A stretch of DNA of 64,000 bases from Octopus sinensis (taxonomy: Eukaryota): positions 47,120,001 to 47,184,000 of the forward strand of contig NC_043013.1 in NCBI RefSeq assembly GCF_006345805.1. Direction: 5' to 3'. A model generated the notes under the pieces. That model did not search any database. It had not been told where the DNA came from and was given only the letters and a program-made list of their open reading frames with translations. Within the stretch, counting starts at the first letter, position 1. Each line of letters begins with the position of its first letter. Of the stretch, positions 26,997 to 39,498 are shown in pieces. The position numbers and the translations under genes are program-made.

Positions 26997-28138
26997 TGTT
27001 TATATGTATGGACGTACGTATATATATGTTTGAGAGCGCGCGTGTCTGTAAGCATATGTATATATAAAAATACACACACATACACGAACACAGAGGATGG
27101 TTATACCGGATATAATGTAACACTGGTTATAACTTCTTTATTCATAGAAATATTTCCTTTAAATTGCAAACACTTGTTTCTGTTCTTCTGCATGGCATAC
27201 AAATAATTGCTTCCAATTAGAATCTGGTCGTGTGATATGCTAAAAACAACAGCTAAATCGCCCTTAAATCACAAGTACAAAAGATTTTTTTTTCCATCAT
27301 CGTATGTTTATTTCTGAAAATGCCATAACATAAAAAAAATATGAGGGGTTATATGGGATACTCAAACCAGAATTCTGCATTATAGTGTACCACCTGTGAA
27401 TAGGGTAAAAGTTGCTCTTACAATATCTGCAATTTGGGGGTGGTGGAGTAAACGTTTATAACATTCAAATACAAAGAAACAGGAAAAAGGAGAGATAAGC
27501 AAGGAAAAGAAAAAAAGAAAAGAAAAAAAGTGAAAGGAAATAAGGTGGAAGTGGAGGGGCGATGGGCCACGTCCTTCGTAACAAATGGCGCACTCAACTG
27601 CGTCCCGCGATAATGACCGATGCTGTTGCCTCAAAGAATGGCCAACGACACTCGCTGCACCTCGCAGCGCCCATTTCTCCGACGGGCCGATGTTATCCTT
27701 ATAATGCGAAGGAAATCGATAGTACGGGGTCGTAGAACCCCTGATATCCTGACAGTGACTGGCACAAACTGATAGCGGCCAACCTGCATTTGTTGATCTT
27801 TCTCAGCACCGCTTTACGACATATTTCAATAAAGTCGTTTAATATTAGCCTCGTCTGTATGTCTTATTACATGAAATATACAGGTGTGATGCTGTTAGTG
27901 CTCTGTTTGTCGTGCTGCTAGTGTTATAGTTGTGTATAGTTGTGTTATAACATACTCCATACATGGGAAAAAAATAAATTATTCCACTCATACAGTAATA
28001 ACAGTTTATTGTATTCATTTTTCTTGCAGCATTGCCCGCCGGTACAGTCAAGAACATGACCAAACGAAAATTGTGTTTTGTTGTCTTGGCGTTCTTGTTA
28101 CAAACATTTTCTCTTGATGCTTAAATAAATAAATACAT

Positions 28139-29166
28139 ACACACACACACACACACACACACATACTCACACACACACACACACATACTCACACACACAC
28201 ACACACACATACTCACACACACCACACACATACTCCACACACACACACACACTACTCACACACACACACACATACTCACACACACACACATACTCACACA
28301 CACACACATACTCACACACACACACACACATACTCACACACACACCACATACTCACAACACACACACACACATACTCACACACACACACACATACTCACA
28401 CACACACACACATACTCACACACACACACACACTACTCACAACACACACACATACTCACACACACACACACCTACTCACACACACACACAATACTCACAC
28501 ACCACACACACCACATACTCACACACACACAGACACATACTCACACACACACACACACACATACTCACACACCACACACACATACACACACACACATACC
28601 ACACACACACACACCTACTCACACACACACACACACACACATACTCACACACACACACACATACTCACACACACACACACACCTACTCACACACACACAC
28701 ATACACACACACACCACATACTCACACACACATACACACACACACACACACACCACACACATACTCACACACACACAACACACACACACACACACACTAC
28801 TCACACACACACACAACACACACACACCACACACATACTCACACACACACACACATACTCACACACACCACACACATACTCACACACACACACACATACT
28901 CACACACACAACACACACATACTCACACACACCACATACTCACACACACACACACATACTCACACACACACACATACTCACACACACACACATACTCCAC
29001 ACACACACACACAACACATACTCACACACACACCACACATACTCACACACACACACACACACTCACACACACACACCATACTCACACACACACACACATA
29101 CTCACACACACACACACATACTCACACACACACACACACACATACACACACACACACACACACACA
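28139..29166. repeat. About 1-kb compound microsatellite [(CA)nTACT]m
   Basis: CA runs punctuated by TACT every ~14-24 bp. Confidence 0.95.
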
Positions 29167-29330
29167 TATATATGAATGTGTTTGCATCTGTATATGGGTG
29201 CAGGTGTGTGTGTGAGCGAGTGTGCATTTATGTGTGCGCGCGTATGTATGTGTGTGATTGCAAGTTTTGCTTGAATGTGTCTCGAATACTTTTGTAGATC
29301 ATTGATAATAATGATGATAGTAATAATAAT

Positions 29331-30094
29331 AATCCTTTCTACTAGAGTCACGAGGCCTGAATTTAGTGGGAGGGGACTAGTCGTTTACATCGACCCCAGT
29401 GCGTAACTGGTACTTAATTTATCGACCCCGAAAGGATGAAAGGCAAAGTCGACCTCGATGGAATTTCAACTCAGAACATAAAGACAGACGAAATACCTAT
29501 TTCTTTACTACCCACAAGGGGCTAAATACAGAGAGGACAGACAAGGACAGACAAACGGATTAAATCGATTATATCGACTCCAGTGCGTAACTGGTACTTA
29601 TTTTATCGACCCCGAAAAGATGAAAGGCAAAGTCGACCTCGGCGGAATTTGAACTCAGAACGTAGCGGCAGACAAAATACCTATTTCTTTACTACCCACA
29701 AGGGGCTAAACACAGAAAGGACAAACAAGGACAGACAAACGGATTAAGTCGATTATATCGACTCCAGTGCGTCACTGGTACTTATTTAATCGACCCCGAA
29801 AGGATGAAAGGCAAAGTCGACCTCGGCGGAATTTGAACTCAGAACGTAAAGACAGACGATACCTATTTCTTTACTACCCACAAGGGGCTAAACACAGAAA
29901 GGACAAACAAGGACAGACAAACGGATTAAGTCGATTATATCGACCCCAGTGCGTAACTGGTAGTTATTTAATCGACCCCGAAAGGATGAAAGGCAAAGTC
30001 GACCTCGGCGGAATTTGAACTCAGAATGCAAAGACAGACGAAATACCGCTACGCATTTCACCCGACGTGCCAACGTTTCTGCCAGCTGGATGCC
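29331..30094 (-). mobile_element. SINE family B tandem array: head plus three tail-1 units plus one tail-2 unit
   Basis: Periodicity 184, 184, 182 bp (anchors 29391, 29575, 29759, 29941). Confidence 0.95.
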
Positions 30095-30095
<1 letters not shown>

Positions 30096-30187
<92 letters not shown>

Positions 30188-30207
30188 TGATAATGATAAT
30201 AATAATA
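30096..30207. repeat. (AAT)n microsatellite
   Basis: Direct reading. Confidence 0.95.
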
Positions 30208-32057
30208 CTTTATTGGCCACAAGGGCCGAAACAAAATATACAGGACATTACACAGACGAGGAGCAGTGAGTTTAAACGTGTAAACAGCAAACAACGATTA
30301 ACAAAGAGATTAAGCCAACAATAGGAATGTATCCGTTCTCAACCCTTTCAATCGCGTTCACCACACAACCTCCTTTGCCATAGTCACCTGACAGAGAAAA
30401 ATTGCCCTCCCTTCCCGGCCAAAGGAAGGAGGCGGGGCGACATTCACAATGGACTCGGACGGTAGCCAGATCCGTCCTACACATTATAATAACTGTTCAA
30501 CAAAGCTCAACAAGTCAGCAATGATCGGACACTGTACGAGAGCATGCAGAACTGTTTCAGTGCACTGCTTGCGTCTCCTACGAGCCCGACTGTCTGCACA
30601 CCATGCCTGTAGAGCTTATCTCGAACCGGCAGCATCCCCCGGCAGTACTATCAGACCAGGGATTTCTGGAAGATGTCCATAGTTCCCTCCGGAAGGGACC
30701 AGCCACTTTATCCCCACCGACGCCCAGGATCTCTTCGAGTACATCGTCGCTCTTGACCTCTGCTAATTCCCTATAGAAAACCAAGATGGAACATCCACGA
30801 CCGTGTTGCCCGGTTAGCCGAGGATTGTGAGCACTTGGAGACACTCTAGGTAGCAACCGCCCAGGACAGTAGTTCCGTTAAGGAAACGAGCTGCGGAAAA
30901 GTGCATTCAACAAATGGCGACCGCATTTGCTCACCGTTAAGCTACCGCTGGAGATGTCGCAGCATCAGTGCATGTCTGCGCATCCTCAGCCATGGACATG
31001 CCCAATCTTCCACACAACGGTTACTGACAGCAAATGGGCAATTTTACGTGCGGTACTTATGACCGCATCCTATTCCCGTAGGGTAGTGCCGATCATCACG
31101 ATTTCCGTGATGTCCGACACTAATACGGTGACGTCGTCCGCATACGCCGACAGGTATCTTCTGCATCCCAGTTCACGCGGGATGCCCCTCCAAACCTCAA
31201 GCTTCCGCAGTAATGGCTCGAGTGCCAGTACGTAGAGAAGGGGTGAGATTAGGCATTCTTGACGGACTGAACAGGAGACGCAAGAGCAAATGCACCAGCC
31301 CGTTAGCCACGCGGCAGAGCAAGGGACGACAGTCAGGCGGTAGCATAATGACGGATCCGATGTACGCATTCACCACCTCCACCCGACCACTCAGGGACAT
31401 TAGTAGGTGAGACTGGCCACCCTGTCTGTCATCTGGCCCCCGTTCTTGGCTACTTAGAGATCCGGACCGAACCAAACCCCGAGCAACTTAACCGGTTCCT
31501 CCGTCAAGCGTCCCACCTTGCTTTCAGTTGGCATGGGCCTGTCTCTTCAGGTGCCGCGCTGCATGCCCACTGACTGCTCCTGTTTGATCATTGCTTTTGA
31601 GATTATGCATCCTTGACGGACCGAACGTGCGATACTAAACGATTCCGAGAGGCGGCTATTTACTTTGACGACTGAACAATGTCGCTGTACATTGTAGTGA
31701 TCCAGCCTCTGAAAACGGGACCGAAATCTGCCGCCTTGAGGACAGCCTTCAAGCATAGATGGTCGATCCTATCAAAAGCTTTCGATCGATCCAAATAGAT
31801 CAGGGTTCTTTACTAACCTTCGCTGTGATGTATCGCGTGAGGTGGAGGTTGTCGTGTATAGTTCTGTTGAGGATAGCCGCGAGTCTGTGTATTACCCACC
31901 AGTCTGTCAAAGACAAGTGCCAACTTCTTTGTTAACACATATTTAACAGAATTACCGACCTAAGGTTATCAACAATGTCCCCCTTGTTCGGATCCTTTCT
32001 AAGTAGCGTCACCACAACTCTGCTCACAGATCCAGGTATTCTCCCATCCTGCTGCCA
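30208..32057 (-). mobile_element. L1/Tx1-clade LINE relic, heavily deleted and rearranged
   Basis: VVVTLLRKDPNKG..NLRSVILLN, SVRQGC, SPLLYVLALEPLLRKL, SAYADDVTVLV; 3' end CCCTTGTGGCCAATAAAG then (ATT)n. Confidence 0.85.
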
Positions 32058-32106
<49 letters not shown>

Positions 32107-32136
32107 ATTATTATTATTATTATTATCATTATTATT

Positions 32137-34684
32137 CAGTAGTTTTATTTTTATAGCGTGCTTTCACTTCACTACCGAGCGCAGCTCTGTGTGCCTTGGG
32201 TATGTGCTGTGATTTGTTGTGATGCTCTGATGGTTATTGTATGGAAAGTGTTCTGCGTAGGATGTGTGCAGTGCCTAGTAGTGCAATTTTCTGTATGTTA
32301 TATGTGTTTGTAAGTCCTGGTGTTTTTGTTATGTATTTGTCTGAATATTTTTTTATCATGCCTAATGCACCTACTATGATAGGAATTGTTTCTGTTTTTA
32401 GATTCCACATTCTGGTTACCTCTATTTCCAGGTCTTTGTATTTTGAGAGTTTCTCCATTTCTTTTAGAGACACGTTGTCATCTGCCGGTATTGATACATC
32501 AATTAGAAAGCATTTTTTTTCTTCATGATCTCTGACAACTATATCTGGCCTGTTGGCCTTAATTTCTCTATCTGTGTGTATCGGCATATCCCAGAGTATG
32601 GTTGCTTTCTCATTTTCTGTGACCTTTTCTGGTGTGTGCCTATACCATCTTTTTTCTGTTGTTATTCCATAATGTTGGCATAGCTTCCAATGTATGTAGG
32701 TTCCAACTCTGTCATGTCTGTGAATATATTCCTTCTTAGCCAGGACTGGGCAGCTAGAGATAATATGATTTATTGTTTCTTGTCCATCTCCACATATTCT
32801 GCAGTTACTTGTTATATTTCTTTTCATTACATGTTTTTGGTAATTTCTTGTGCTGCAATTAAAAATCCCTCTGTTTCTGCTTTGAGTCCTGAGCTTCTCA
32901 ACCATTGCTGGGATTTTTCTTTGTTTATTTCTTTTGCGTTTAGTTTAGTGCAGTATTTACCATGAAGGGGCTTTTCTTGCCATCGTTTTATCATGGCTCG
33001 TTGCTGTTCTATTTTTAGTTTGGATTTCATTTGTTTTATAGCTTTTGTTGTTTCTTCATCATCTTCTTCTTCTTTGGTTTATTATAGGTGGTATGATTTC
33101 TTGTTTGTATTTGTCAGCTTCCTTAAATACTGAGAACAGTTTTTTGTTTTGCTCGTGTTTTGCTGCTATCTGGATCAGTTCCTTCCTTCTGAAGTAGGTA
33201 TTTTTGCAGTCCTATGGTGGTTATTTTATAGTAGTTTTCCAGCTGTATAAGGCCTCTACCACCTTCTATACGTTTTATATGAAGTCTTTCTATGTCAGAT
33301 TTTGGGTGATGCATCCTAGATCCTGTCATTATTTTTCTTGTTTTCCTATCTATTTTGGTCAGTTCATTTCGTGTCCAGTTAAGGATATTGTAGCTGTAAC
33401 TTATAACTGGGACAGCTAAAGTGTTAATACCTATTATCTTGTTTTTAGCATTGAGCTCGGATTTTAGTATTGATCTAACTCGTCTATATAATTCTTTTTT
33501 TATTTCCTCTTTCATTTGTGTGTGTTGTGTCTTATCTAGTTCATGGATTCCTAAGTATTTGTAAGTTTGGCTTTGGTCTAATTCTTTTATTTCATTGGTT
33601 TTATCTAGTGTGATGTTGCTACTCTTAACTAGTTTTTTCCTCTTTTCATGGTTACTTTGGCGCATTTTTCTAATCCAATTTCATATCTATTTCTTTGGTA
33701 AATCCATGAACTGTCTTTAATAGTGTTTCCAGCTGTTTGTCATTTGCAGCGTATAGTTTTAGGTCATCCATATATGAAAGGTGGCTGATCGTTTTGCCGT
33801 AACATTTATATCCGCATCCAGTTATATTTAGTATATCAGATAGAGGTGACAGTGCCAAGCAGAAAAGGAGTGGAGAGAGCGTGTCCCTGGAATATTCCTC
33901 TTCTAATGGGGATGTCTTTGGTTTTCATGAGTCCCTCTTTTGTTTGGAGGTGTAGGACTGTTTGCCATTTATTCATAGAGTGCTCTATGAATTTTATGAT
34001 TGTTGGTGCTACTTTGTTAATGGCTAGTGTTTCGAGGATCCATGTGTGAGGGATGCTATCAAACGCCTTTTTGTAGTTAATCCAGGCCATACTGAGGCCT
34101 TTCTTCTTTCTGTGGCTGTCTTCAGTTATGGCTTTATTAATCATTAGTTGAACTTTGCAGCCATATGAGCCTTTGCGGCATCCTTTCTGCTCTTCTGGGA
34201 ACAGTTTGTTTTCGTCCAGGTGCTTGTTCAACCTTTGCGATATCACTGCAGTAAATGCTTTGAACATTGTAGGGAGGCAGGTTATTGGTCTGTAGTTTTC
34301 TGGTTTTGCTGTCTCATTTGATTTGGGAATTAAGATGGTTTTCCCCTTCGTAAGCCATCCAGGCATTGTCTCTGGCTCTGCTAGTATGTTGTTAAAGTTT
34401 TCAGCCAGCTTTTTGTGCATTCCTGTTAGATATTTCAACCAGAAGTTGGGGATCTTATCATGCCCAGGTGCCTTCCAGTTGCTTAGTCTTTACAGTGCCT
34501 GAGTGACCTCTTCAGTTGTTATGGGGGTCCAAAGTTGTTCAGATGCTGAGTTTGTTATTTTGATACTCCTTTTTTGTTGTTGTTCGTTCGCCGACCATAT
34601 TTCTCTCCAGAATTCTTCCAATTCTTCTGCCGTTGGTGCTGCAGTGACTTCTATTTTATTTTTGCCAAGTTCTTGGTAGAACTT
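32137..34684 (-). mobile_element. R4/Dong-clade non-LTR retrotransposon, 5'-truncated, RT plus RLE with frameshifts
   Basis: NWKAPG, NYRPITCL, EEQKGC, YKKAFDSI, RGIFQG, YMDDLKLY, CRICG..H..C, RHDRV, NRPDIVV, LIDVSIP; flanked by (TAA)n on both sides, the established Dong-type target. Confidence 0.95.
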
Positions 34685-34695
34685 TATTATTATTA

Positions 34696-34730
<35 letters not shown>

Positions 34731-35287
34731 GAGTGAGAGAGCAGAGCATACCATCAAAGTGGCACTGAAGTAAAATATACGAAGCCCATTATACCCATCA
34801 TGACTACCCGTTTGATAAGGGTACACCAGGCACATGCATCACAGCTATACGTGCGCGACATGGTGATCTCATATCAAGATAAACAGCACATGACCTTGCA
34901 GGTGGGGCCCAGTTAGAATTTTCTTCTGGTCGAGTACTCCATACAGCTCAAAAGGTCCCTGAATAAGGATTGTTTATGGAGGTTGATGGAGCCACACATG
35001 TTTCCAAAGGTGAATTATCCAAACCCCAAAGATTTTCTGCAAACAACATGGCTGTGATGCTCCCCCGCTATTTCTGCTTGTGATCAGAGATGCACATATC
35101 GTCAGCCACTAAGGGACATGCTCAACTGGTTAATGTCAGACAACTGACAAGACAATCTGTGGTATTGAGCAGAATATTTGCTGTAGCCCATCTTTTATAC
35201 CAAGACAAAACTATATACATGATAACACTTCCAATCAGTTAAGATCAAAAGCCATGAGAGCCACTGCCTGGTGCTGCATCAGGGCAT
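34731..35287 (+). mobile_element. About 555-bp non-coding element between (TTA)n tracts, sharing a module with the Hero 3' UTR
   Basis: Sharp microsatellite borders; 35122-35182 matches 18779-18839; strand tentative. Confidence 0.55.
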
Positions 35288-35309
35288 TTTATTATTATTA
35301 TTATTATTA

Positions 35310-35370
<61 letters not shown>

Positions 35371-35529
35371 CATCATCATCATCATCATCATCATCATTAT
35401 TATTATTATTATTATTGTTATTATTATTGTTATTATTAGTATTGTTATTATTATTGTTAGTATTATTATTATTATTATTATTATTATTTATTATTATTAT
35501 TATTATTATTATCATCATCATCATCATCA

Positions 35530-35564
<35 letters not shown>

Positions 35565-35604
35565 GTTATTGTTATTGTTATTATTATTATTATTATTGTT
35601 ATTA

Positions 35605-35636
<32 letters not shown>

Positions 35637-35726
35637 GTTATTATTATTATTATTGTTGTTATTATTGTTGTTATTATTATTATTATTATTGTTATTGTTA
35701 TTATTATTGATTATTATTATTATTAT
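35288..35726. repeat. (TTA)n/(TCA)n/(TTG)n compound microsatellite
   Basis: Direct reading. Confidence 0.95.
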
Positions 35727-36657
35727 GCAATGTGGTGCATAAATTGTCAAGTAAAGGAGAGGCATCTTTGCCTCCACAGATTCAATTGCAAAGTGTTATT
35801 TGGAATAAAGTTATTTGGTTGTAGACCTTCTTTGAGTCTTATTATCACTGGATTAGAGATAGTACCCAGATGGGAAGATTGATTTCAAGGCCTTTCCAGA
35901 TAAGTGATTGGTCATTCCAAGAGATTTATAGAAAGCAAATTTATTCTGTTCAGTAACCTATCGACATAGTGATCGTTGGCAAACTCCAGAGGTGACACTT
36001 CCATTTCCCCTTAGCCCTCACGTCACACAGTTGTTAAGGTTTACTTGAGTTGGGTCACGCCCTTCCAATTGATATAGATCCCTAATGCAACTTACGGCTG
36101 TGCTGGTCACCTGTATGGTGAAGAATCCTGCATTGGAGAGTGGTAACGACTAGGGAAGGGTAACTGACTGCTTATTGAGATCATTCGTCTTTTGATTTCC
36201 TCTAGCTTTGCTCTCGATATACATTCATATATTTTAGATGTTAAAGAAATTTGAACAATAGATATAAGACACACGATAAAAGAGATTCTCAACAATTCAA
36301 CTTCTCGTATTAACTTCAAGATCCCCTAATAGGGGCCTTGAGTCTCACATTTTAGAGCTTCATGTGCTCCATGTGCTCCATTTTTAAGGAGCAAAATCCT
36401 TTGAATGGCTTTTATAAGATCTGGATTTTGGAATCTGGACATAAAGATGAGTAGTATGGGATAAACACGTCATGATTAGAATTTTTCTGATGGTGCGTAA
36501 AGAGGGAAAGAAAACACCTTAAAAATCTTAATTCTCCAAGTTTCATGAAATTCGAATCATAGATATTCCAGTTCATTAGAGAAAATATAAAGGAAAAGTC
36601 GAATTCTTCAATTCTGTGTGACACGAGCAACACCGGATATCTCTGCTAGTACATACA

Positions 36658-36708
<51 letters not shown>

Positions 36709-37203
36709 CGTGTGTGTGTATGTGTGTGTATACATATATATATATACACAGGCATACATTTATATATATATATCTATATATATATATATATATATATAAT
36801 ATGCTTACATATACATACACACACATTTATGTATATACTTAAATATATCTATATATATATGCATATATACATGCACATATATATACGCATATGTAGATAC
36901 ATGCATATATAAATATATACATAGATAGATATACATGTGTGTGTACATGCGCACATATACACACACACACGCACAAACACACACACACATATATATAATA
37001 TATGTATATATACATGTACGCTTAAATGTATACTCACACATACGCACAACAATTCGTTGTAATCTTTAATACAATTCTGAAGTAGGTTAAATATATTTGT
37101 CCACTTCAAATTGCTAAATTTCCATTCATTCAATATTTTACAAATGTTTAAACGTTTTATACTAAATCTTAAAAGCATAAATACAATGTTAAATAGTGAA
37201 ATC

Positions 37204-37265
<62 letters not shown>

Positions 37266-37424
37266 ATATGTATGTATGTATGTATATATAGGGATCAGTG
37301 TCTCTTTGTTACTCCTATAAAATTCATATCAGCATTTCTAGTTTTGTGCTGGCAGTTTTTATCTCTTCTAAAATTCCTATCTTTCTGTGATACTTTTTGG
37401 TTTCATCATCGTACTATTTTTTTA

Positions 37425-37654
37425 CTAGCAGTATAGCCCGGCTTTGCTCGGGATTAAGTTAGGATTATCAAGCTAATCAAGCTCTTTATTTCAAAGCAAA
37501 CTAAGTAACATCGACGTCAAATTTGAGTGAAATACGTGGAAATTGGTAAACTTTTGGCTGCAAATTTGCAGAGAATGTGAATGGGAAATCAGTTTTTTGA
37601 GATAGTCCTATATGTTGTGTGGATATATACATGTATATGTGTATGTATATATAA

Positions 37655-37715
<61 letters not shown>

Positions 37716-37788
37716 ATATATATATATGTGTGGTGTGTGTGTGTTGTATGTTAATATATATATATATATATATGTATATGTGTGTGTA

Positions 37789-37837
<49 letters not shown>

Positions 37838-37844
37838 GTGTGTA

Positions 37845-37886
<42 letters not shown>

Positions 37887-38298
37887 TTGTGTATAGATAC
37901 GTGTATGTATATATTGTATATACATATGTATGTATATGGATACAGGCATGGATATGAAACCCCATTACAGAACCAATAAATTGATTAATTGATTAACTAA
38001 TTAATTAGCTGACTGATAAGTTGATTGATTGATTGAATATTGTACCTAAATTTTTGAGTATGTTGTTATTCTTATTTTAGACCTCAATAACCCAGAGTTA
38101 CCTACCCTCATTCTTTTCATAGCGTAATAAGCCACACCCACCCACGCACACCTCTTAAATATAACGTTAAAAGTAATTAACTGAATAAATTGACAGATAA
38201 ATATTTTAAAGGATTGAATGAGTGATTGGTTCATTAATTAAGTGACTCAACACTATTACATAGTCTTGCATTTGAGGCATTTCGTCAGATAAAATAGA
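37425..38298 (-). mobile_element. Non-autonomous Helitron (3' end clear, 5' end tentative)
   Basis: Minus 3' end CCCGAGCAAAGCCGGGCTATACTGCTAG|T resembles 16901-16929; candidate A|TC start at 38298. Confidence 0.55.
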
Positions 38299-38357
38299 TT
38301 ATCTTATATGTATGTGTGGATAAATACATGTATATGTGTGTGTGTATATATATATAT

Positions 38358-38603
38358 ATCACTTTGATCACTTTGACTGACCAGTCCGTCAGGCGTCCAT
38401 TTGACACCGCTGGTCACAGCACGCTGTCCGCTCCTCCCTGGATCGCGCCTTTCTCATCCACGTGATCCCAATAGTCCTCTTGAAATCTTCACTCCACCGT
38501 CGTGGAGGTCTTCCGGGTGGTCTTTTCCGCTCACGCGGGTACTACTCGACAGCTGCGTGCGTCCACCGATTATCGGTGAGCTGGCAACGTGTCCAGCCCA
38601 TCT
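38358..38603 (-). mobile_element. RTE-clade LINE 3' fragment
   Basis: RWAGHVA..DNRWT..YPRERKRPPGRPPRRWSED; tail GTCAAAGTGATCAAAGTGAT. Confidence 0.85.
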
Positions 38604-38618
38604 ATATATATATATATA

Positions 38619-38950
38619 GTTGTTATCGCTAGGCCTAACTCATCGTAAAGTCAATACCACCATGACCGATATCCAATCTACAGTGGAGAAGGCTAGCCAC
38701 TGGATTTGGTTAAAAAGAGACGATGAGCGATGGCTAGAAGGATATTGAGTTTAACTTGATAACCAGCTGATCTAGCAAGCGGGGCCTCATATCAGGGAGG
38801 GTTGCCGGTGCGCATTGATGCCGTCGAGAGGTAGACCCCGAAACGGCGCGCATTCTCTCCTGATGACCACATACACTTGCTGGCTTCCGGTATACGGAGC
38901 TTTTGACTGGTAGCACTTGCATGTGCAAATTGTTTGCAAGACATCTAGGT
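38619..38950 (+). mobile_element. Second, divergent Hero-clade element: C-terminus plus 3' UTR
   Basis: LLSLGL..TVEKASHWIWLKRDDERWLEGY* matches the typical Hero C-terminal pattern; flanked by (TA)n. Confidence 0.75.
38772..38883 (+). ncRNA. Permuted hammerhead-like RNA motif, Hero 3' UTR copy 2 (intact core)
   Basis: GGGG..TGCCGT-C-GAGAG..CCCC-GAAA-CGGCG..CTCTC-CTGATGA, enclosed by CTAGCAAG/CTTGCTGG. Confidence 0.72.
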
Positions 38951-38963
38951 ATATATATAATAT

Positions 38964-39016
<53 letters not shown>

Positions 39017-39453
39017 ATATATATTGAGTTGGTTCGTTAATTTAGTAACAAACACTGTTACACGGACGGAGAATTAAATTATGCATTAATTTTAGCGATA
39101 AATGTCAATTTAGTGAAACAACTTGTACGGTCACTTTTGGTCTTTTGTAACTTATTTGAATTTCATCTGAATAAATTCCAACATATTATTTCAACCATAT
39201 ATTACCCGTATGGTTTAGTAAATATACAAAAGATTCCACTAATTAGACAGATACATACATTATTATATACTGTGTTTTTTATAAATTTGTAATAAGTTAT
39301 ATATATATATACGTGTGTGTGTATATGTATATATTGTTGTATTTAGGAATGGTCATTTTGAGAGTTTAGCCAATAAAAACACACACACTATATATTTGGT
39401 GTTAATTTGCTTCAGCATTATTTATTTTTTTACATTAATCTTAATCTTATTTC

Positions 39454-39498
39454 GGCCAGAGTTCTTTCGTCACACTTTTATGACCTCATCAATGGTCC
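39454..39498 (-). ncRNA. Minimal hammerhead motif with C3U change (Penelope-like relic, about 39333-39600)
   Basis: GGACCA-TTGATGA-G-GTCATA AAAG TGTGAC-GAAA-GAAC-TC-TGGCC; AATAAA downstream. Confidence 0.55.
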
